A DNA stretch of 64,000 nucleotides from an uncultured Chloroflexia bacterium (GTDB lineage: Bacteria > Chloroflexota > Limnocylindria > Limnocylindrales > CSP1-4): the NCBI GenBank assembly GCA_963766735.1, contig CAVYBU010000002.1, positions 96,001 through 160,000 on the forward strand, given 5' to 3'. Under the pieces are notes generated by a model. That model worked only from the letters and a program-made list of their open reading frames with translations, was not told where the DNA came from and made no database searches. Shown piece after piece: positions 20,542 to 30,390 of the stretch. A program made the translations under genes and the position numbers. Positions within the stretch are counted from its first letter, which is position 1, and each line of letters opens with the position of its first letter.

Positions 20542-21414
20542 ATGACCGACACCACCTCCTCCGACCGCGGTCTTGCCCGCACCGGGTCGGGCGGTCGCCC
20601 GGTTCGCAAGGACGAGATCGAGCTCGTGGACCGCGGTCTCTACGTGGAGTCGTGGCTTCCCGAGCGACGCTCCCGTCGGAAGCCGCTCGTGTTCGTCCAT
20701 GGCGAACTGGGTGGTTCCTGGGTCTGGGAGCGGTACCTGCACCACTTCGCCGGGCGGGGCTGGGAGGGCCACGCCGTCAACCTGCGCAACCACTACTGGT
20801 CGCAGACGGCCGACCCGGCCAGCCTCGACATCGAGTCCTACACCGAGGACGTGATCGCCGCCCTGGAGCGGCTCGGACCGACGGCCGTGGCCATTGGCCA
20901 CGGGCTGGGCGGCCTCCTGACCCTCAAGGCCCTCGAACGGGTGCCGGTTTCGGCCTACGTGCTCATCGCCCCCGAGACGCCCAAGGAGCTGCGCGAGCCG
21001 GCGCGCCCGCACGTGGTGCGCGACATCCCGGACGCCTACGGCCGGGCCGAACTTGGCTGGGAGACTCTGCCCGAGCGCCTGACGCGCGAGCACCGGGACC
21101 TGACCCTGGCCGACGTCCTGCGCATCCAGCACATGCTGGGCCAGAAGGCCTTCGAGTCCGGGCGGGCGCGGCGGCAGGTCCTCGCGGGCGTCTCCGTTGA
21201 TCGCGCTGCGCTTCCAGACGTGCCGCGGCTGGTCATCGGTGCGGGCCTCGACGCGTACGTGCCGGAGTCCGAGGTGGAGCGCCTGGCGGAATGGCTCGGG
21301 GCGCCGTACGAGCCGTTCGGGGCGCACTCGCACTTCGGCCTGGTCCTGGGCGAGCAGAGCTACCTCCAGGTCGCCGAGACGCTGCGGGCGTTCCTGGAGA
21401 CCAACCGCCTCTGA
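20542..21414 (+). CDS. Alpha/beta-hydrolase-fold protein lacking the nucleophile Ser (GHGLGG)
   Basis: LVFVHG, NLRNH, GHGLGG, C-terminal SHFG. Confidence 0.82.
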   Translation: MTDTTSSDRGLARTGSGGRPVRKDEIELVDRGLYVESWLPERRSRRKPLVFVHGELGGSWVWERYLHHFAGRGWEGHAVNLRNHYWSQTADPASLDIESYTEDVIAALERLGPTAVAIGHGLGGLLTLKALERVPVSAYVLIAPETPKELREPARPHVVRDIPDAYGRAELGWETLPERLTREHRDLTLADVLRIQHMLGQKAFESGRARRQVLAGVSVDRAALPDVPRLVIGAGLDAYVPESEVERLAEWLGAPYEPFGAHSHFGLVLGEQSYLQVAETLRAFLETNRL

Positions 21415-21420
21415 GGGTTG

Positions 21421-21486
21421 CGCGCGACGCTCCGCCGCGCCCCGCGCGACGCTCCGCCGCGCCCCGCGCGACGCTCCGCCGCGCCC
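21421..21486. repeat. 3 x 22-bp tandem repeat cgcgcgacgctccgccgcgccc
   Basis: Three exact adjacent copies read directly. Confidence 0.9.
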
Positions 21487-21555
21487 CCGACGGTTGCAGC
21501 CTCCTCGCGGCCCCTGCTATCCTCGCGCCCGGTCGATGGCATCGACCGACTCTGC

Positions 21556-21632
21556 GCCGCATTCGTCTAGAGGCCCAGGACACCGCCCTCTCAAGGCGGA
21601 GACCACCGGTTCGAATCCGGTATGCGGTACCA
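21556..21632 (+). tRNA. tRNA-Glu (anticodon CTC)
   Basis: Acceptor GCCGCAT/ATGCGGT-ACCA, anticodon arm CCGCC-CTCTCAA-GGCGG, T-loop GTTCGAATC; upstream TTGCAG...TGCTATCCT promoter. Confidence 0.96.
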
Positions 21633-21643
21633 AAGAACCCCCC

Positions 21644-21670
21644 ACGCCCCCGGCCCGCCCCGGGGGCGTT
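21644..21670 (+). terminator. Hairpin after tRNA-Glu, probable intrinsic terminator
   Basis: acgcccccgg / ccgggggcgt inverted repeat; weak U tract. Confidence 0.55.
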
Positions 21671-21695
21671 CCCCTGTTCGGCGAGTCGGACATCA

Positions 21696-21756
21696 CCGGC
21701 CCGCCCCGGCCCACGTCGCCTCCGGCCCGCCCCGGCCCACGTCGCCTCCGGCCCGC
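21696..21756. repeat. About 2.3 x 26-bp tandem repeat ccggcccgccccggcccacgtcgcct
   Basis: Two full copies plus a partial third. Confidence 0.85.
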
Positions 21757-21818
21757 GTTGGCCGCGGCCAATGTCCTAGACTCGCCGGGTCCCTCGTAAT
21801 GAACCACTGGAAGAACGC

Positions 21819-22940
21819 ATGTCGTCAACCCCCGATCGCCGTCTCGTGATCCTCGCCGAGGGCAACTTCGGCTACCACCACGGCAAGACCGCCATGGGCG
21901 TCATCCGCTTCGGCCAGGACAGGGTCGTCGCGGTCATCGATTCGGCCCAGGCCGGCCGGAACGTCCGCGAGTGGCTGGGTGACTCGGGCCGCTTCGACAT
22001 CCCCATCGTGGGGTCGCTGAGCGACGCGCTGGGCTTCGTCCCGCGCGCCGACGCACTGCTGATCGGCATCGCTCCCGCCGGCGGCCGGCTCCCGGACGAG
22101 TGGCGCCAGGTGGTCTTGTCCGCCATTCGATCGGGCCTCGACATCCTGTCCGGCCTGCACACGTTCCTGGGAGACGACCCCGAGCTCGCCGAGGCCGCCC
22201 GCTCAGCGGGCGTGCGGATCACGGACTACCGGCGACCACCGGAGCGCATGGAAACGTCCGTGGGGCGCCGCCACGATCCAGGCAAGCGGGTGATCCTCAC
22301 GATCGGGACGGATTGCGCGATCGGCAAGATGTCCGTCGCGCTGGAGCTCCGGCGCAGCGCCCAGGAGCTGGGGCGATCCGCCTCATTCGTCCCAACCGGG
22401 CAGACCGGGATCATGATCGAGGGTTGGGGCGTGGCCGTGGACCGGGTGATCTCGGACTTCGTCCAGGGGACCTGCGAGTGGATGAGCGAAGAGGGCGAGC
22501 GACGGGGGGATTGGGTCATCGTTGAGGGGCAGGGATCGCTGGATCATCCCGCCTATTCCTCCGTGACGCTCGGGCTGATCCACGGGTTCACGCCCCAGGC
22601 GATGGTCCTTGTGCACATGCCCGGCCTCGAGGAACACGACTTCGACCACGCGCCGGATCGCAGCTTTCCGATCAGGCCTCTGCCCGACTTCATCCGGATC
22701 CACGAGGAGGTAGCGGGACTGATCGCCCCCTCGAAGATCGTGGCCGTGGCGCTCAACACATCGCGGATCCTGGACGAGGCGGAGGCCCGAGCCGTCATTG
22801 CCACGACCGAGGCGGAGACCGGCATCCCGTGCGACGACCCGGTCCGGTTCGGCGGGGAGGAGCTGTGGCGCCGGATCGAGGTGGCCGTGGATGCGCTGCC
22901 GTGGGTCGTCCCGGCCCCCATCGAGGATGTATCGGCATGA
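21819..22940 (+). CDS. DUF1611 family protein (DgcN-like D-glutamate N-acetyltransferase)
   Basis: GKTAMG, IGIAPAGG, SGLH, GTDCAIGKM, TGQTG and VEGQGS motifs. Confidence 0.88.
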   Translation: MSSTPDRRLVILAEGNFGYHHGKTAMGVIRFGQDRVVAVIDSAQAGRNVREWLGDSGRFDIPIVGSLSDALGFVPRADALLIGIAPAGGRLPDEWRQVVLSAIRSGLDILSGLHTFLGDDPELAEAARSAGVRITDYRRPPERMETSVGRRHDPGKRVILTIGTDCAIGKMSVALELRRSAQELGRSASFVPTGQTGIMIEGWGVAVDRVISDFVQGTCEWMSEEGERRGDWVIVEGQGSLDHPAYSSVTLGLIHGFTPQAMVLVHMPGLEEHDFDHAPDRSFPIRPLPDFIRIHEEVAGLIAPSKIVAVALNTSRILDEAEARAVIATTEAETGIPCDDPVRFGGEELWRRIEVAVDALPWVVPAPIEDVSA

Positions 22941-24022
22941 CGTTCTCGATCCGGTTGCGGACGCTGGTGCTGCCCTTGCGCGATCCGTTCGTCATCGCCC
23001 GCTCGTCGCACGGTGGGGGTCGGACGAGCACCACCATCCTCGCCGAGCTGCGCGACGATGCCGACGGTCCGGACGGGCCCGTCGGGCTGGGGGAGGGGTA
23101 TCCGGACACGTATTACGGCGAGACGCCGGCCACGGTGGCCGCGGTGGTCCCGATGCTGCTCGAATCGCTGGATCCCCTGGGGCCAGCGCTGCGGGGATCG
23201 CTTGACGACGCGCGAACGGCGCTGGTGGCAGCCGAGGGCGCGATGACGGCAGCGATCGGAAACCACGGTGGCGCCAAGTGCGCGGTGGACATCGCCCTGC
23301 ACGATCTCGTTGGGAAGCGCCTGGGACTGCCGATCCGGACCCTGCTGGGCATCGACGCGCCGATCCCGCCGACTGACTTCACCCTGGGCATCGACGAGCC
23401 CGCCCTCGTGGCCGAGCGCGCTCGCCGCGCCGCCGCCTTCCCGGCGCTCAAGATCAAGGTCGGTGGCCCGTCCGACATCGCGACGCTCGAGGCCGTGCGA
23501 GCCGTGTACGGCGGACCCATCCGGGTGGACGCGAACACGGCCTGGACGCCGGAGGTTGCCCTGCAACTGCTCCCCGAACTGGAGAGGCTGGGGGTGGAGC
23601 TCATCGAGCAGCCCTTCCCGGCGGGGCGGCTTGACCAGCTGCGGGCGCTCCAGGAGCAGTCGGCGCTGCCGCTCGTCGCCGACGAGAGCGCGGTGTTCAT
23701 CGATGATCTCGAATCCCTGGTCGGCGTCGTGGACGGGATCAACGTGAAGCTCGCGAAATGCGGTGGGATCGGGCCCGCACGCCGGATGCTGGAGCGGGCG
23801 AACTCCATGGGTTTCCGAACCTTCATCGGTTGCATGGAGGAGACGTCCATCGGGATCGCCGCCTCGGCGGCCGTCGCGCCCCTGGCGGAGTGGCTGGACC
23901 TCGACGGGTGCCTGCTCCTGGCTGACGACCCCGTGACGGGCCTCGAGCTGACTCCCGACAAGCGCTGGCACCTTGCGGACCGGCCCGGCCTGGGCCTGGG
24001 GATCCCGGCGGGGACCTTCTAG
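22937..24022 (+). CDS. Enolase-superfamily dipeptide epimerase / N-acyl-amino-acid racemase (DgcA-like)
   Basis: LKIKVG, RVDAN, IEQP, ADES, NVKLAKCGG, GCMEE and DLD motifs; ATGA overlap with DUF1611. Confidence 0.9.
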   Translation: MTFSIRLRTLVLPLRDPFVIARSSHGGGRTSTTILAELRDDADGPDGPVGLGEGYPDTYYGETPATVAAVVPMLLESLDPLGPALRGSLDDARTALVAAEGAMTAAIGNHGGAKCAVDIALHDLVGKRLGLPIRTLLGIDAPIPPTDFTLGIDEPALVAERARRAAAFPALKIKVGGPSDIATLEAVRAVYGGPIRVDANTAWTPEVALQLLPELERLGVELIEQPFPAGRLDQLRALQEQSALPLVADESAVFIDDLESLVGVVDGINVKLAKCGGIGPARRMLERANSMGFRTFIGCMEETSIGIAASAAVAPLAEWLDLDGCLLLADDPVTGLELTPDKRWHLADRPGLGLGIPAGTF

Positions 24023-24077
24023 AGGACCCTGCCCGCGGCCACCGGTTCGGCCACCGCTACCCGATGTTGCGCCGGGG

Positions 24078-24163
24078 CGATCCACAGCTTTGGGGCGGTT
24101 GCCCGCGGCTGTCCACCACCGGTGGCGGGCTGTGGACAAGTCGGTGGGCAACATCGTGGAGAA
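24078..24163. promoter_or_regulatory. Cluster of DnaA-box-like 9-mers
   Basis: TGTGGACAA at 24131-24139 (exact reverse complement of TTGTCCACA) plus four degenerate copies. Confidence 0.45.
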
Positions 24164-24337
24164 GCCCCTACCGGCGCAGGCGCCCCACGCCGTACGATAG
24201 GCGAGTCGCTGGGGCCGGAGTCAACCGGCGCGAGATCGGCCCCGACGGCAAGCCCCGACGTTGTGCCGGGGGTCGGGCCCTACCCGCCCCGCCGCCGGCC
24301 GATCTGCCCTGTCCGAGCGAAAGAGGGACCTGTATCG

Positions 24338-24640
24338 ATGCTGCCCGCCGGCCATGCCTGCCCGACGACGCCCGAGGCCGAGGCCTTCGTGCGGTTCTGC
24401 TACCAACGCCGTCGTGTGGGGTGGCCGGAACTGTATGACGAGATGTGCGCGGTGGCCACCCGGGGGCTGTTCCAGGGGATGGGCCACGATGCGCTGTCCG
24501 AGATCGGCATCGGGTTCAGCCTGTTCGAGACGCCCCGCCTGGCCGCCCTGGTGACCCGCATCGCGAGCGAGGAGCAGGCGGCACGGCGCGCGGCACGCCT
24601 GGTCGCGCTCGAAGCGGCGCAGGCAACCACCGCGGCGTAG
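24338..24640 (+). CDS. Small hypothetical protein
   Basis: Globular-looking FVRFCYQRR..WPELYDEMCAVA sequence with GC3 bias; AAGAGGG RBS. Confidence 0.7.
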   Translation: MLPAGHACPTTPEAEAFVRFCYQRRRVGWPELYDEMCAVATRGLFQGMGHDALSEIGIGFSLFETPRLAALVTRIASEEQAARRAARLVALEAAQATTAA

Positions 24641-24706
24641 CAGGCAACCACCACCGCCGGGCGGCGCGGACCGATCGCCCGCTCAGCCGCGTCCTCGGTG
24701 CGGGCC

Positions 24707-24934
24707 TCAGGCCCGGATGCGCCGCCGGGCCATCTCGCCCTCGATCTGGCGCTCCGCCTCGACGTAGCGGTCGATCTGCTCGCGCAGCTGGTTGGCCTCG
24801 GGCGTGTAGAGGTGGACCTGCTGCTGGAGGATGTACGACAGCCGGCGGCTGGTCATCCGCACGTGGTCCAGGTTCTTCATGAGGACCAGCGGGTCCATCG
24901 AGGCGAGGTCTGACGGGGGGTACATCTGGTTCAT
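24707..24934 (-). CDS. Small helical hypothetical protein
   Basis: Strong GC3 codon bias, protein-like composition, TAGGAT -10 box upstream. Confidence 0.75.
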   Translation of the reverse strand: MNQMYPPSDLASMDPLVLMKNLDHVRMTSRRLSYILQQQVHLYTPEANQLREQIDRYVEAERQIEGEMARRRIRA

Positions 24935-25025
24935 CGCGAGGTCATCCTAGCCCAAGCGGAAGGCCCGCGGAGGGCGTGTAGGGCGACGGGCACCGCGATC
25001 CGCGATGCCCGGCCGTGGCCCCTGG

Positions 25026-25745
25026 TCAGGCGCCCGTGTCGCCCTTGAGCGCCGCGAGACGCGCCTCGATCTCGAGGTCGTCCTCGCTGCCCTCGAGCTC
25101 GGCGAACTGGTCCTCGAGCGACAAGGCGGAGACCTCCTCCATGCCCCGGGCCTGCGCCTCCTGGCGTCGGATCCGTTCCTCGAAGCGGTTGAGGTCCGAT
25201 GTCGGATCGAGGACGGAGACATCCTTCAGGGACTGCTGGACCTGCATCTGCGCCTGGGCCATCTTGGCGCGGGAGACCAGCTCGTCGCGCTTCAGGACCA
25301 GCTCCTCGCGCTTCAGCCGCATCTTGATGAGCCCATCCTTGAGCTTGTTGGTGAGCTCGGTCTGCTGGGCAATCTGGCGATCGAAGGTCGCTACCTGCTC
25401 GTCGAACGAGATCTGACGCTTCAAGGCGAGCTTGGCCAGGGCATCGAATCGGTCTGCCTCGGCCACGTTGCCCTTCGCACGCTCGGCGTCGGCACGCGCG
25501 GAGGCAGCCTTGGCCTTGGCCAGCCATTCGATCGAGGCCTCACGCGCCTCGCGTGCGTCATCCTCGAGCAGGCGCAGGTTGCCAATGGTCTGGGCGACGG
25601 CCTCCTCGGCCTCGGCGATGTTGCTGGTGAAGTCCCGGATGAGCTGGTCGAGCATCTTCTCCGGGTCCTCGGCGTCGTCGAGGATCGAGTTGATGTTCGC
25701 GCGGACCAGCTGGCCCATGCGCCCAAGGATCGAGGTCTGCGCCAT
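25026..25745 (-). CDS. pspA: PspA/IM30 family protein
   Basis: MAQTSILGRMGQLVRANIN..DDAEDPEKMLDQ; coiled coil; GGGAGA RBS. Confidence 0.92.
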   Translation of the reverse strand: MAQTSILGRMGQLVRANINSILDDAEDPEKMLDQLIRDFTSNIAEAEEAVAQTIGNLRLLEDDAREAREASIEWLAKAKAASARADAERAKGNVAEADRFDALAKLALKRQISFDEQVATFDRQIAQQTELTNKLKDGLIKMRLKREELVLKRDELVSRAKMAQAQMQVQQSLKDVSVLDPTSDLNRFEERIRRQEAQARGMEEVSALSLEDQFAELEGSEDDLEIEARLAALKGDTGA

Positions 25746-25831
25746 GTCGATGATCTCCCTGCTCGTCGTGCCTGCTCGGTGGATGGACCACCCGACCTGC
25801 GCCAGCTGCCGGGCCTGCATGTGATCGAAGC

Positions 25832-27956
25832 CTACCAGCGCCCTCCACGGACGCGTCCGCCGCTCTCGCCACCGAGGGCGCCGCTGCCGGGGGCTGCCGA
25901 ACCCGCCACCGCGAAGCCGGCCGCCCCCGCCGCCAGTGGGTCCCGGTCGACGCGATCCGCCGCCCGACCCCCCCCAAGGCGAACCGCCCCAGCCGCCCCG
26001 GCCGACACCGGTCACGGCACTGCCCACGATGCCGCCGAGGATGGCCGTCCCGAGGTCGGGTCCGCCCTGGTGGGCGTTGGCAGCCTCGAATTCGGCAGAT
26101 GCCAGGCGGTACGCCTCGTCGGCGAGCTGCGCTGCACGCGATGCCGCCGTCGTTGCCCGCTCGGGATCCGTCTCCACGAGGCCGGTGGCCTCGGCCAGCT
26201 GGGCCTCAGCCTCGGCTGCCCGGGTTCGAGCCTGCTGTCCGACGGCATGCCGGCGCGTGGTGATGTAGTCCACGGAGCGGGTGACCCTGCCCCGGGCGCT
26301 CGTCACGGCGGTTGCCGCTGTCTCCCGGCGCCGGCGCGCCTGCTCCTCCGCAGCCCGGATGCTGCCGATGATGGCGTCGGCGGCAGCATTCGCGGCCATC
26401 GCCTGCTGGAGGGCCGCCAGCGGATCGAGGGGCCGTGCCGCGGCCGTCCGCCGAGCCTCGTCGAGGGCCAGCTCGGCGGCGCGAAGCGCCTCGGCGGCCT
26501 GCGGGACCAGCGGCGCGGGCTGTGACTGCTGGACCGCGGCACGGGCCGCCGTCACGTCCGCCTCAGCCGCTGCGAGCTCCTCGGGGAGCTTCGCCGCTGC
26601 ACCGTCCAGCTCGACCGCCATGCGCTCCACGGCCTCCACGAGATGCGTCGCGCCGGCGAGCCCCTCCTGTGCGTGCCGGAGGGCCATCACGGCCTCATTC
26701 CGCTGGGAGTCCACCAGGGAGCGGCCGCGCTCCGCCTCCGCAGACGCGTCGTCGAGGGCCTTGTCGGCCTCGGGAAGGTTCCCTGCCACGGAGCCCGTGG
26801 CCGACGGGGCGTAGGTGGCGACCAGCCGGTCCATGGTTGCCGTCGCCGCGGTCCGGCGGGTACGCAGGGCCTCGATCGCCAGGCCGGCTGCGACCAGCTG
26901 CTCGGGTGCGGTTCGCTCGAGGTCGGCAAGCTGGTCGAACCGCTCCTCCTGGGCATCGAGCAGCTGGTTCGCATTCGCGGTCCGGGCCACGATCTCCCTG
27001 AGCATGGCCTCACGCTGGGCGGCGGTCTCTGGCTCGGCGTCGTCCAGGCGCTGGCGAATGGCGAATGCCGCGCGGAGCTCCACATCCGCCTGCGCGATGG
27101 CGTCCCGATAGGGGATCACCTCCGCGTCACCCCACTGGGCGGCGGCGAACTCCACGTCGTTGGCCGCGTCCTTCAGGGCCTCGTCGGTCTCGAGCAGGAG
27201 GCGGTTCGCGTCATGGTTGAGCTGTTCTGTGGTTGCTGCGGCCTCAGCGGCTCCCGACCGTCGCTTGAGCAGGGTCCGGGCGACGACGAGACCGACGACG
27301 AGGACGAGGACGAGGATGATGACCGGCGTGAGGCTGATGCCGCCGCCTGATCCGGAGTCGGACCTGTCGCCAACCGTGCCGCCCGGTGGGACCGTTGCCG
27401 GCGCGCTCGCAGGCGCGGCGGTGGCGGACGTGGCCACGGTGGCGGCGTCGCCGAGGGCGGCCACGCTCGCGATCACGGCTCCAGCGAAATCTCCCTCCGC
27501 CAGGCCGGGCTCGAGCGTCTCGACCAGGATCGCGTCGATCTCGTCGTCGGTGACCTCGTCCAGGGTCGGACCGACCCACAGGGCATCCGACCGGTCCTCG
27601 ACGGCGACCACGAGCAGCGCGTCGTTGCCGCCCAGCGAGTTGTCGGTGGCCAGGGCATCGGTGTAGGCAGAAACGTTGTCGGAGCCCGTCGTGTCCACGA
27701 AGGCGACGAACAGCTGGATGCCGTGGTCTGCGCGGAGATCCTCGAGTGCGTCCGCGATGGCCGCTTCCTCGCCCGTCGTCAGGACGCCGGCCTGGTCGGT
27801 CACGCTCTCGCTGAGCCTGGGACCGGCGCCGAGCGCGAGACCTGCGGCGGCGACGAGCAGCAGCAGCGCCGACGCTGCTGCGCGGGCGGCCGACACCGAG
27901 AGGTGCCGGACAGGGTGGAGGCGGCCGCAGAGGGCGATCTGGGTGGGGTTCCTCAT
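25832..27956 (-). CDS. TPM-domain membrane protein with coiled coil and Gly-rich tail; probable +1 error near 25890
   Basis: VTDQAGVL...IQLFVAFV...DALLVVAVEDR TPM domain, TM, helical region; removing one base gives ...GGRVRGGRW-TAG at 25832. Confidence 0.8.
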
Positions 27957-28009
27957 GGACCCCGATGCTACCGCCGTGAGACGCGTGCGTGGCAGCCCGC
28001 CCGCACGGA

Positions 28010-29422
28010 TCAGAGCGCTCGCAGCCTCGTCGGGGGCCAGGTCCAGTCGATCGGCAGGCTCGCGGACGCCAGGGCGCGCCGCCGGCCGGCCTCTGTCGCC
28101 CCGAGGACCAGGATCCGGTCCGTCTTCGTCGCCCGCCCCGCCTCCGTGCCCCACAGGCGCGTCATCTTCCGGTTCGCGGCCACCTCGTCGCGCACCAGGC
28201 CCGCCAGCCTGTAGCCGGCGGGGAAGGCGGCCTCCTCCCACGCGCGCTCGGCCAGGCCGATGCCCGCGTTGGAGGGCTTGCCGCGGTCCATCTCCACGTC
28301 GCCGATCACCACCACGGCGATGCCGTCATCCGCCATCGCCGGCCGGAGGTCGGTCAGGACCTCCCGCAGGAATGCGAGGTAGGGCTCCCGGTGGTGGGCG
28401 TCGTCCAGGGTGGCGTCGATGACACGGGCGTCGAAGCCCAGGAGCCACGTGCGGAGCCAGTTGTAGTAGCCGTACTTGAGGACGCGCAGATAGGGCGGTG
28501 ACGTGATCACGAGGCGCGCCCGGTCGGGCAGCCCGCGAGATCGGAGCGCCGTTCGAGCCCGGCTGCCGGCCGTCCGCGCGTCGCCCATGAGTGCCACGCC
28601 GGTGGTTGACGGGAGCGGCTGGCGGTAGAGGCGGTCCAGCTTGGCGGACAGGGCGTCGAACACGTCCCGGGCGGGTGGCTCGTAGCCGCTCCGGGCGACG
28701 AAATCCCGGACGTAGCGCGGCGCCATGCTGAACGTGTTCGGCATGATCGTGGACAGGTACGACGGGGTCTTTCCGTGCAGCACGCCCACGAGGGCCCCCG
28801 CGAGGAACCGGTCCGTGCGATCGTCGAGGCGCAGGTGGGAGCGGACCAGGAGCAGCTGGCCCAGCGTGCGCGGGTGGAACGCGAGCGCGACCTCGTCGGG
28901 GAGGGGCTCCCTGCGGGCGTCGGGTCCGGCGCCGCTGCCGGAGGCGGGGACGAAGGCGGACGGATGTCCGGGGCGGTGGATCGCGCGCTCCGCGAGGGCC
29001 AGCCAGGCTGGGGCGTCTGCGGCCCACTGCAGACGGAGAGCCGCGAGGCGGGTCCGGGCCTCGGCGGGGGTCGCGGGCTCCAGCTTGGCTCCGGTGAGGA
29101 CATGGGCCAGCGGGTTCAGGTCGTTGCCCACGCCGATGCGCCCTTCGGCGGCCGCCTGCAGGGGTGCCGTGCCGCGGCCAGAGAACGGGTCGAACACAAC
29201 GTCGCCCGGCCGGCTGTAGCGGGCGATGAAGGCGTGGACGAGCGAGGCCGGGAAGCTCGCCAGGTACGAGCACATGGGGTGGAGGCTGTGGCCCCAGAGG
29301 CGGGCCTGATCCTTCCACTCCGGCTCCATGGCGAGCGCCGGCAGCGCGCTCGGCAGCTCGAGAGCGAGCTGGCCGACGGCAAGCGGCCGCGTGCGACTGG
29401 TTCGAGAGGCCTGGTCGGGCAT
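28010..29422 (-). CDS. Orphan amino-type (probably N4-cytosine) DNA methyltransferase
   Basis: Motif X HSLHPMCSYLASFP, motif I FDPFSGRGT, motif IV TSPPY; start uncertain (29329 or 29422). Confidence 0.85.
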   Translation of the reverse strand: MPDQASRTSRTRPLAVGQLALELPSALPALAMEPEWKDQARLWGHSLHPMCSYLASFPASLVHAFIARYSRPGDVVFDPFSGRGTAPLQAAAEGRIGVGNDLNPLAHVLTGAKLEPATPAEARTRLAALRLQWAADAPAWLALAERAIHRPGHPSAFVPASGSGAGPDARREPLPDEVALAFHPRTLGQLLLVRSHLRLDDRTDRFLAGALVGVLHGKTPSYLSTIMPNTFSMAPRYVRDFVARSGYEPPARDVFDALSAKLDRLYRQPLPSTTGVALMGDARTAGSRARTALRSRGLPDRARLVITSPPYLRVLKYGYYNWLRTWLLGFDARVIDATLDDAHHREPYLAFLREVLTDLRPAMADDGIAVVVIGDVEMDRGKPSNAGIGLAERAWEEAAFPAGYRLAGLVRDEVAANRKMTRLWGTEAGRATKTDRILVLGATEAGRRRALASASLPIDWTWPPTRLRAL

Positions 29423-29749
29423 TCCCGCGCTCGACGTGACCTGCCCGGATTGGGCATCCGGACGAAGGGTCGCGAAGCGTAGCACGCGAGAATCGGCGCC
29501 GGGAGTCGGGCGAACGCCCCATGCGGAGCGCCGATGGTCCCAGGGTCGCCGGGTGGTGTCGCCGCGCGGAAGGTGCCCAGCACGACCCGGTCGTCCTCGC
29601 GTTGGCGGAGCCGCGATGACGCGGCCCCGGTCGATGGCATCGCCGGCCGGCGTCGAGGTGTCAGCCATGTGCCGGCGTCGCCAACCCGCCAGGATGGGGA
29701 CGGTGGCCTCAGGCATGTCGACTGACCCCGTGCCCGGCGTGCGTCTAGC

Positions 29750-30390
29750 GATTTCCGGCTGGACCTGAGGCGCGGCGTTGTCGGAGGAGTCGTGGGATGG
29801 CAGCACGAGCATGCGGCTGGAGGTGCCCAGCTCGAGTCACTGCGAGCAGGACGGCGACGGGCAGTCGCCTAGCTGGTCCCGCTGCAGTACGATGCCCCTG
29901 CGACACGGACGGATCCCGGTCCAGGCAAGGTCGACCCCGACGGCCCCGGCCGGCACAGGATCGGCACACGATCCATCGCGGTGCCCTCGCCGCAGGGCAG
30001 CTCTGGCGATCCGTGGGGATGATCGCCACACCGTAGGCGGAGCGCAAGCCCTCGGCGAAGCAGATGTCAGCCCCCACGAGGCTGCCGCCAGTCCAGGAAT
30101 CCTCGAACGTCGGGCGGAGGCATCGTGAAGGACGTCCCGAGCTCACGCACAGCGTGTCGCCGCGGAACCGCTCACCGATGTAGCGGCTCACGCCGTTGGA
30201 CCACGACTGAGTACACGCCGGTGACGACGCCCACCGCCGGCAGGTCCGTCAGGCACGACCGCAGATGTCGCCCCAGAACCAGGCCGCCGGTCCAGAGGCG
30301 TCCAGAGCGGGCTCGCCGCGGGACGGGGGCAGCCGCCACGAACACCTAGGCGGCCGCCAGCACGATGGTCTGACCCGGGCTTCCTGCATG
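29750..30390 (-). pseudogene. Probable decayed exported-protein gene
   Basis: Strong GGAGGGAGGT RBS then ATG near 30389; signal-peptide-like QTIVLAAA*VFVAAAPV broken by a stop and frameshifts; protein-like fragments downstream. Confidence 0.4.

Noticed and set aside
21421-21756. Short direct repeats as a CRISPR array
   Set aside because: Repeats are adjacent with no unique spacers and there are no cas genes.
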